Positions 31,753 through 37,800 of a stretch of DNA of 37,800 nt are shown one piece after another. A model generated the notes under the pieces. That model was given only the letters and a program-made list of their open reading frames with translations, did no database searches and was not told the origin of the DNA. Where the stretch lies: positions 1-37,800 of IMG/VR virus record IMGVR_UViG_3300043443_000231, one strand, 5' to 3'. The position numbers and the translations under genes are program-made. Position 1 is the first letter of the stretch. Every line of letters begins with the position of its first letter. The DNA is from a virus (taxonomy: Duplodnaviria; Caudoviricetes).

Positions 31753-32883
31753 TCAATAGGTTCCCCCGTCGATAGTTCCTGAGAGTTTAGAAGCGTCTAG
31801 AGTAGACGAAGAAGTTAAATAACCTGCTGAAGCATGGTTTCCCCATCCGTAAGCAGTGTTCCAGTTACTTGAGTTGTTAGTTGTGCTGTACCAGCTAGAA
31901 GCTACATACACAGGATCAGTCTCTGTGTAGCTAGTCAAGTAACCAGCACTTGCATGATTACCCCACGAATAAGCTGTATCCCAGTTAGTCTGCTTAGTTG
32001 TTGTAGGGATTGAGTAGCCAGCTGAGAAGGTAACTGCTAGAGTACCTGAACTTGTAATAGGTGTTCCAGAGACTGAAAGACCTGTAGGAACTGACAAGGC
32101 TACACTTGTTACCGTACCTGTGTAAGTCTCTGAGGTAAGATAACCTGCACTAGCGTGGTTCCCCCAACCATAGGCAGTATCCCAATTAGTCTGCTTTGCA
32201 GTTGTAGGTAACGAATAGCCTGTATCAAAGGCAAGTGCAAGAGTCCCTGAGCTTGTGATAGGTGAACCGCTGATTGCAAACCCTGTAGGAACTGAGGCTG
32301 CTACGCTTGTTACTGTGCCTGTATAAGTCTCACTTGTGAGGTAGCCAGCCGAGGCGTGGTTGCCCCAACCGTATGCTGTGTCCCAGTTAGTCTGTTTAGA
32401 TGTAGTTGGAATTGCATAACCAGCAGAATAGGTAACAGCTAGTGTGCCTGATGTGGTTACTGGACTACCAGATACTGACAGCCCTGTTGGAACAGACAAA
32501 GCAACTGAAGTAACAGTACCAGAGCCAGCTGTGGGCAAATCAGTAAGATCATTGTATGAGCCTGTAGTAGCGACTGTAGCCAAATCACCGGGTTGCACAG
32601 CTGAGTCAGCCAAAGCCCCTTGTGCGGCTGTTGCAAAGTAACCTACATCTTCAGCAGCAGCGGTACCTAAGTCACCGGGCTGAGTAGCACTATCAGCTAA
32701 GGCCCCCTGAGCAGCAGTAGCGTAAGCTGAGGCATCGGTGGTAGCAGCAGTGCCAAGACCTAAGTTAGTCCTAGCACCAGAGGCCGTAGCAGACCCTGTA
32801 CCACCTTGGGAAATAGCGATAAGGATAACTTCGGACTCTGTAAGCCCTGTTACGCTTCCTCCATCGCCACGGTATATGCTCAT
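31753..32883 (-). CDS. Repetitive tail fibre protein
   Basis: MSIYRGDGG start; 2x ATAAQGALADSA; ~3x 67-aa repeat with 4x NWxTAYxWGNHASAGYLTS; ends IDGGTY. Confidence 0.8.
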   Translation of the reverse strand: MSIYRGDGGSVTGLTESEVILIAISQGGTGSATASGARTNLGLGTAATTDASAYATAAQGALADSATQPGDLGTAAAEDVGYFATAAQGALADSAVQPGDLATVATTGSYNDLTDLPTAGSGTVTSVALSVPTGLSVSGSPVTTSGTLAVTYSAGYAIPTTSKQTNWDTAYGWGNHASAGYLTSETYTGTVTSVAASVPTGFAISGSPITSSGTLALAFDTGYSLPTTAKQTNWDTAYGWGNHASAGYLTSETYTGTVTSVALSVPTGLSVSGTPITSSGTLAVTFSAGYSIPTTTKQTNWDTAYSWGNHASAGYLTSYTETDPVYVASSWYSTTNNSSNWNTAYGWGNHASAGYLTSSSTLDASKLSGTIDGGTY

Positions 32884-32886
32884 TAT

Positions 32887-33084
32887 TTATTTGTCCTTAG
32901 TGTTCTTAGGTGGTCTACCCATACGCTTCTTCGGTGGAGTGGGTACTACCTCTTCTTCCTCGTAGTACTCTTCTTCATCTTCATCAATCCACTCGTAGCC
33001 GTCGTGACCTTCCATACTGTCAATATCTACTTGTTGAGTAAATTCGACGATGTTCCCTGAAACCAGACATCTAAATTTAGCCAT
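32887..33084 (-). CDS. Small protein with acidic linker and AT-hook-like KKRMGRPPK
   Basis: 65 aa ORF in the late operon. Confidence 0.7.
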   Translation of the reverse strand: MAKFRCLVSGNIVEFTQQVDIDSMEGHDGYEWIDEDEEEYYEEEEVVPTPPKKRMGRPPKNTKDK

Positions 33085-33122
33085 ATATTTTCTCTTTCTA
33101 AAAACTACACCTTGTAGTCTTT

Positions 33123-33162
33123 AAAAAGCCCCCTCTTCCCGTATAAGATAGAAAGAAGGGGT
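33123..33162 (-). terminator. Rho-independent terminator after the capsid accessory gene
   Basis: On the - strand CCCCTTCTTTC...GGAAGAGGGGG followed by CTTTTT. Confidence 0.7.
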
Positions 33163-33203
33163 AAAACTCTTATTATTGTTTTTATCGGTTTTCAGCGTAA
33201 GCG

Positions 33204-33527
33204 TTAACCTAGACGGCCCACAACCAACTTAATGGTAGTAGAGTCCAAGTTAACAGTACCACCTGATTCGTTCTGGACACGCAGAGACACCACATTAGCA
33301 GCACTCACATAACCAGTCACGCTCAAGCCAGCAACATCAACACCGAAAGATGCGCCAAGAACCATATCACCGATAGCAACACCGGGAACGGCAACAGTGT
33401 CTGTTTCACCAGCACCGTCAGACAATGAACCTGCGTCAAGAGTGGCAGTTACTTTCCACATTTCAGAGAACATGCCCTGAAATTGCTTAGTACCACGCTC
33501 AACCACAACAGCGGAAGCAGCAGCCAT
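33204..33527 (-). CDS. Putative capsid decoration / cement protein
   Basis: 107 aa, beta-rich; directly after the MCP; AAGGA RBS. Confidence 0.55.
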   Translation of the reverse strand: MAAASAVVVERGTKQFQGMFSEMWKVTATLDAGSLSDGAGETDTVAVPGVAIGDMVLGASFGVDVAGLSVTGYVSAANVVSLRVQNESGGTVNLDSTTIKLVVGRLG

Positions 33528-33560
33528 GATTTATTCCTTTAAAGTCTAATTGATTAAGTT

Positions 33561-33600
33561 AAGAAGAGAGGCCCCGAAGCAGTTACCTGTAACGAGGCCT
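33561..33600 (-). terminator. Hairpin / partial terminator after the major capsid gene
   Basis: AGGCCTCG...CGGGGCCT stem with weak CTCTTCTT tail. Confidence 0.55.
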
Positions 33601-33614
33601 ACTCAGTTCAACAA

Positions 33615-34562
33615 TTAGGCAGGAACAACCAGAGCAACAGCGCCGTCGTCACGCAACTCAGCCACGCCGTACAATGTATCAGCAGTGAACAAGTTAGCGA
33701 GGAATTGCTGTTGGTACTGAGTCTGCGAACGCACACCCATTTGTTCCACCAACACGAAGGCGTCACGGTGGCCCATCAAGCAAACACGTGCTGATTGAGC
33801 TGTACCTGAACCGTCGTTAGCATCGTTAGGGGTATCAGCGTTGCTAGACACAAACACAGACACGCCATACAAGCTACCCACTTCACCGTTACGGATGGTG
33901 TTGCCTTGACCAGCTTCACCAACGAAGGCTTGCTCAGTGTAGCGGCTCAAACCCATCAAGGTGTTACGGCTTGAAGGAGGAATGATGAAGAAACGACCGT
34001 CCATTGGGGTGTCCACATCGTCCAAACGCTGAATGGTGCGACGGATAGCAGCATCAGTCAAAGCAGCTTGGTTGTCAGTGGTGTAGTCATAGGCAGTAGT
34101 ACCGTCAGAACCGATGAAAGCACCAGCGTAACGAGCACCAGCACCACCTTGCACAGTACGGCCCAACTGGATGATGTCAGAGTCAACTTGCTTGCCCAAA
34201 GCGTAACCAGCGTCTTCTGTGTAGAAAGAACGCAAAGAGGTCAAAGCTTGAGTAGCCACGATGTCTTCGATCAAACGGCTGTATTCGTAGTGCTTGTTGA
34301 TAGACACTGGAATGTCGCTGTCGACGTTAGCGATCAAGGTCACTGCGTTAGCTGCAACCTTGGCAGAAGCAGAACCACGGGTAGGGCTAGGAATGTGAAC
34401 TGTGTCACCCTTCTTGCCACGGTGAGACATTTTCTTGATGAGGTTAGCTGCAACCAAGTTTTTCTTGTATGCGGCAACGATCTCATCGGACCAAATCTCG
34501 GGGATAAACGCATCAGCGTTGGAAGTTGTAACAGCATTGGTTGCTGCAAAAGTAGCGGCCAT
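33615..34562 (-). CDS. Major capsid protein (HK97 fold, P22 coat-like)
   Basis: FIPEIWS, GKKGDTVHIP, AGYALGKQVD and DTLYGV motifs; strongly biased codons; AGGAG RBS. Confidence 0.9.
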   Translation of the reverse strand: MAATFAATNAVTTSNADAFIPEIWSDEIVAAYKKNLVAANLIKKMSHRGKKGDTVHIPSPTRGSASAKVAANAVTLIANVDSDIPVSINKHYEYSRLIEDIVATQALTSLRSFYTEDAGYALGKQVDSDIIQLGRTVQGGAGARYAGAFIGSDGTTAYDYTTDNQAALTDAAIRRTIQRLDDVDTPMDGRFFIIPPSSRNTLMGLSRYTEQAFVGEAGQGNTIRNGEVGSLYGVSVFVSSNADTPNDANDGSGTAQSARVCLMGHRDAFVLVEQMGVRSQTQYQQQFLANLFTADTLYGVAELRDDGAVALVVPA

Positions 34563-34595
34563 TTTTAAAGCTCCTAAATTATATAAATAAAATTA

Positions 34596-35372
34596 TTATT
34601 TAACACGACCTTCTTGATATGCTCTCATAATGTCGTCAGACAGAGCTTCATATCGTTGAGGGTCAGTCATACGAAGACGGATTAGATCAGCCCGTCGATA
34701 AACTTTCTTAGATGACTCTCCTGTACCGCCTACATCAACAGCTGCACTCTTCAAAGCACTTTGACGGGCAACTTCTCCAGCTGCTTTAGTCTCTTGTGCC
34801 TTTACAGACTTGATCTGTTTAAATGTAGACAACAACTCATTGGCACTGTCATAATCATACTCAGCGTCTGCTTTAGCGTACAAGCCCATGCGAACGGGTG
34901 AAGATTTTACCCAGTTAACAAACTCTGGATCTTGTACAACTTGTGTGAAATCAGGGTGATCTGAGTTCAACTTCTGCTGAATCTGCATCTTCTTGAATGT
35001 CAAAGCTGCTTCACGAGCTGCGATAACATCAGGGTGAGCTGACAGTTCTTTCTGAATTGCTTTCTTGGGGTCTTCAAAGAAGTCAATTTCAGGCTCTTGC
35101 TGTTCAATGTGTTGAGGCTTAGATGCGAGACTTTGTTTCAGGAGTTCATCGGCTAACTTACGAACCTCACCAACCTCTTGGGCTTGCTTACCAATGAGCT
35201 TTTCAGCCTCTTGGTGCATCCTAATGATGTCTTCTGCTGTCTTGCCCTTGTATTTCTCGGGGACTTCAAAAGCTGGTTGTTGGGGTTCAGGGGCTGTCTG
35301 TTGTACTTGTATTTGTTCAACAGCTTCCAGTTCACTACCTGTACCTAACTCTTCGTTATCATCTACTAACAT
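34596..35372 (-). CDS. Capsid scaffolding protein
   Basis: PEKYKGK...MHQEAEKLIG...AYQEGRVK; directly upstream of the MCP. Confidence 0.8.
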   Translation of the reverse strand: MLVDDNEELGTGSELEAVEQIQVQQTAPEPQQPAFEVPEKYKGKTAEDIIRMHQEAEKLIGKQAQEVGEVRKLADELLKQSLASKPQHIEQQEPEIDFFEDPKKAIQKELSAHPDVIAAREAALTFKKMQIQQKLNSDHPDFTQVVQDPEFVNWVKSSPVRMGLYAKADAEYDYDSANELLSTFKQIKSVKAQETKAAGEVARQSALKSAAVDVGGTGESSKKVYRRADLIRLRMTDPQRYEALSDDIMRAYQEGRVK

Positions 35373-35453
35373 ATTGAATTTCCTTTCCTGCCGGGTATAA
35401 CGGTTCTAGGAGTATTTAAAAATAGAAACTACTTCTCGGCCTTATAATGTGGC

Positions 35454-35687
35454 TTATGAGTTTTGTTTTCTCTCTTGTACGAGCTTTTCAGCCCGTTTGC
35501 GCTCCCATGCGTCATAGGCACTTGGAAAAGAGCCTGTAATGCCTTCTAACTTCATCATGGGGGCAGAGACAGTTCGTTGGGCTTCAGCGTTGCACACCTT
35601 ACAAGAAGTTGTGTACACATCGTCCTTAACTAATGCCTCGGTTTTATGGGAATTCTCACAAAGGAAGTCAAAGAATCGTAGAGCCAT
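35454..35687 (-). CDS. FmdB-like zinc-ribbon protein
   Basis: FDFLCENSH...CKVC...RTVSAP. Confidence 0.7.
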   Translation of the reverse strand: MALRFFDFLCENSHKTEALVKDDVYTTSCKVCNAEAQRTVSAPMMKLEGITGSFPSAYDAWERKRAEKLVQERKQNS

Positions 35688-35689
35688 AG

Positions 35690-35932
35690 TTAAATGTCCC
35701 CTGATGCCTGAAGATCTTCGTAAGTCTTCTCATATGAGCCTTTCAGCCCTAAAAGCCAATTCAAGATGTCAAGCTGTCCTTTACGGAAATAAAGTTCTTG
35801 TGTGTCCGCGACAGTTGACAGGTCGTTATAATTGGTTTTAACCTTCTGAATGTCCTCCATTAAGTCCTTCCACCCTAAGGTAGCCATCATAGAGAACGCT
35901 TCTTCATAAAATTTCTGTAGTTCTTTGTCCAT
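35690..35932 (-). CDS. Conserved head-region hypothetical protein
   Basis: GWKDLMED...LYFRKGQLDIL; lies between portal and scaffold. Confidence 0.75.
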   Translation of the reverse strand: MDKELQKFYEEAFSMMATLGWKDLMEDIQKVKTNYNDLSTVADTQELYFRKGQLDILNWLLGLKGSYEKTYEDLQASGDI

Positions 35933-35961
35933 TAGGAGAACGTATTAGTTACAATAACGCT

Positions 35962-35990
35962 ACTCTATCACAAAAGTAGCACTTTGTCAA
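35962..35990 (-). promoter_or_regulatory. Sigma70-type late promoter for the scaffold-capsid operon
   Basis: TTGACA (35990-85), 17 nt, TAGAGT (35967-62) with extended TG; A-tract upstream. Confidence 0.75.
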
Positions 35991-35998
35991 CACTTTTT

Positions 35999-37800
35999 TT
36001 AACTATTTGATGCTCTTTTCATCATTTGGAGGGCAGCGATGCGCTCATTTGACTGAATATCTGCTGCTTTAAGGTTAATTTCCTTCTCTTTCAGCACTCG
36101 ATCAGCCAACTGGAGGCGTTTACCGAAGTCATCACCACGGTCTAGGTTGTTGGAAGCAGCCTGAACCACCTTAACTCGCAGTTCCTCTGGCATCATCGCA
36201 GTCTCAACCTGAGTTTGTTGGGCATTAGCAGCTCTTTCAGCCGTCTGAGCCTGCAACAGAGCCAACTGAGCCTGTGCTGTCTGCATTGCAAGCATTTGCT
36301 GGGTCATCTGGAGCTGTTGTTGCTCGGGGTTAGGCTGTGCCATACGATCCAAACCAGCCAACATCTCATTCTTGTTGCTCAGTGAGCTATTCTGGACGAT
36401 GCCCTTCAAGATGACAGGCAAAACAGGGGTATCAGGGCCTAAAGTCTGCAACAGAGCGATAAACTGCTGCTGTTCGTACTCTCTAGCCATGATGCCCAAG
36501 GTAGCTGTAGGCATAAAGTTCATGTCGACTGAGGGATAACGCTCAGGGTCGAACTGCATGTAGCGGAAAGCAGCCTTCTTGATGAACGGGATCAGGAAGT
36601 CTTCTTGGAAGTTGGTCAAGGTACGCTTGTACTTCTTGATGATAGAAGCCATGGCAGCGGACATACCAGCCCCACCAGCGTCACGAGACACCTGAGACAC
36701 CATACCTTGAGAATCCAAGGTTCCTGTAGCCTGTAGAAGCATACGCTCAAAGGCTTGGGCGGTGGTCATGTTGTTACCGTCTGTCTGACCAAACTTGAAC
36801 GGCTGGAGGATCTCGTTGGGGTTACCATTGGTCAGGATGGCCTTACCGGGACGAACCTCGAACTTAGCACCACGGGGAAGACGGGTAGCGTCAATACCGA
36901 TCATAGGGGCTGTGGTCAAGGCTAGTGAGTCCAAGTGGCTACGCATCTGAGCGTCAATAGCCTTTTGCATGTTGTAAGCTTTTTCCACTGTGCCACGGCC
37001 TAGGATACGGTTAGGAACTGTATCATCTTGGTACAACACAACTGGACGATCCTTCATCATGTAAGGATTCTCTTCAGCTTTGAGGAGGGTAGAGTCGTTG
37101 ACGATAACGACAATAGCTTCCACCATGTCAGTGTATTCGTCAGCATCGCTCTCTTCAGGGAACAAGTCCATCAGCTCTTCAGTGTCGCCCATGTCAGTGA
37201 GGTATTCACGGGGGACTAAGCCATAATATGTCAACAGCTTAACTTTGTCTGTCTGGTACTGTGTGTCTTCCTGAGTGACTTCCAAGTCCTCAGTGTCGTA
37301 CATAGGGCCAACGTTGACCTTACGGTAGATACCGTCTTCGATACCTTTGACGATCTTGTGCAAGCCAACGTACTTCTCAACTGCTACGCCCAAGCAGTCA
37401 TCCACTGATGTACCGTTGGGGTCAAACAAGAAGTTCTTGGGGTTGACAGGCATGATCTTGACTGCTGTACGGTCTTTCTCTTGAACACCGATAGCTGCCT
37501 GACCCACAACACCGGGGATAGGCTGAGTAGCAGGAACGTACTCTTTTTCTTGCTTGACGATGATCTCACCAATACCAGTACCGTAGATCTCAGCCATCAA
37601 CTCGATCTGGTCGATAGCCTTACGGATTTTGTCCTTCTTGAAGTCATCCATCAACTGAGCTTTGATCTGGTTCACGTCCAGCTCAGTACCGTTCACATCG
37701 GTTACGTCATCCTCAATGTCGAAGAAGTCTCCGTTACCGAAGATAGCTTCCATGATCTCAGCGTGACGAGTCTCAACTGCTTGCTGAGTGGCAGGGGAGA
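35999..37800 (-). CDS. Portal protein, main part (start is at 322 across the join)
   Basis: YGTGIG, GRGTVEKAYNMQKAID motifs; Gln-rich C-terminal barrel as in P22-like portals; synteny terL-portal-scaffold-MCP. Confidence 0.9.
   Translation of the reverse strand, partial: SPATQQAVETRHAEIMEAIFGNGDFFDIEDDVTDVNGTELDVNQIKAQLMDDFKKDKIRKAIDQIELMAEIYGTGIGEIIVKQEKEYVPATQPIPGVVGQAAIGVQEKDRTAVKIMPVNPKNFLFDPNGTSVDDCLGVAVEKYVGLHKIVKGIEDGIYRKVNVGPMYDTEDLEVTQEDTQYQTDKVKLLTYYGLVPREYLTDMGDTEELMDLFPEESDADEYTDMVEAIVVIVNDSTLLKAEENPYMMKDRPVVLYQDDTVPNRILGRGTVEKAYNMQKAIDAQMRSHLDSLALTTAPMIGIDATRLPRGAKFEVRPGKAILTNGNPNEILQPFKFGQTDGNNMTTAQAFERMLLQATGTLDSQGMVSQVSRDAGGAGMSAAMASIIKKYKRTLTNFQEDFLIPFIKKAAFRYMQFDPERYPSVDMNFMPTATLGIMAREYEQQQFIALLQTLGPDTPVLPVILKGIVQNSSLSNKNEMLAGLDRMAQPNPEQQQLQMTQQMLAMQTAQAQLALLQAQTAERAANAQQTQVETAMMPEELRVKVVQAASNNLDRGDDFGKRLQLADRVLKEKEINLKAADIQSNERIAALQMMKRASNS
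37699..37800. repeat. Terminal direct repeat, right copy (circular assembly overlap)
   Basis: Identical to 1-102. Confidence 0.95.

Noticed and set aside
33528-33620. T7 gp10B-like frameshift extension of the capsid protein
   Set aside because: No slippery sequence seen near the stop; the downstream gene has its own RBS behind a hairpin
34068-34568. Antisense ORFs over the capsid and other late genes (also 22219-22665, 21069-21461, 28964-29320)
   Set aside because: Shadows of biased codon usage on the coding strand; no RBS or motifs
1-37800. Alternative genetic code, lysogeny module or DNA-modification cluster
   Set aside because: Core genes are intact in code 11 with all three stops in use; no integrase, repressor, methyltransferase or base-modification enzymes recognised

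Overview
The window appears to be a complete, circularly assembled genome of a lytic podovirus-type dsDNA phage of about 37,698 bp. Positions 37699-37800 repeat 1-102, and that join falls inside the portal gene. It has two convergent arms. The + strand arm (3.5-20.4 kb) carries many small early ORFs, an HNH endonuclease, a T7-type primase-helicase, a family A DNA polymerase (Tyr762 type), SSB, 5'-3' exonuclease, endonuclease I, a metallophosphoesterase, a gp1.7/DUF3310-like protein and a class II (B12-dependent) ribonucleotide reductase. The - strand arm carries TerS, TerL, portal, scaffold, major capsid, tail fibres, tail tube proteins, internal virion proteins and lysis genes. The arms meet at a bidirectional terminator (~20390-20422). 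I see no RNA polymerase, integrase, tRNA or CRISPR array. The architecture recalls Zobellviridae/cobavirus-like podoviruses; a freshwater betaproteobacterial host is only my guess. The most unusual features: (1) a ~400 bp non-coding strip ahead of the early genes made of 11-bp-phased repeats and palindromes resembling sites for several host DNA-binding proteins (DnaA, PhoB/OmpR-type, sigma54, NarL/TetR-like); (2) a ~1.2 kb cassette inserted into the helicase 3' end that supplied a new C-terminus and left the old one stranded downstream; (3) mini-genes chained by a shared ARG-E-ATGA linker; (4) a probable AUU-initiated gene. All family assignments come from motif recognition, not database searches.
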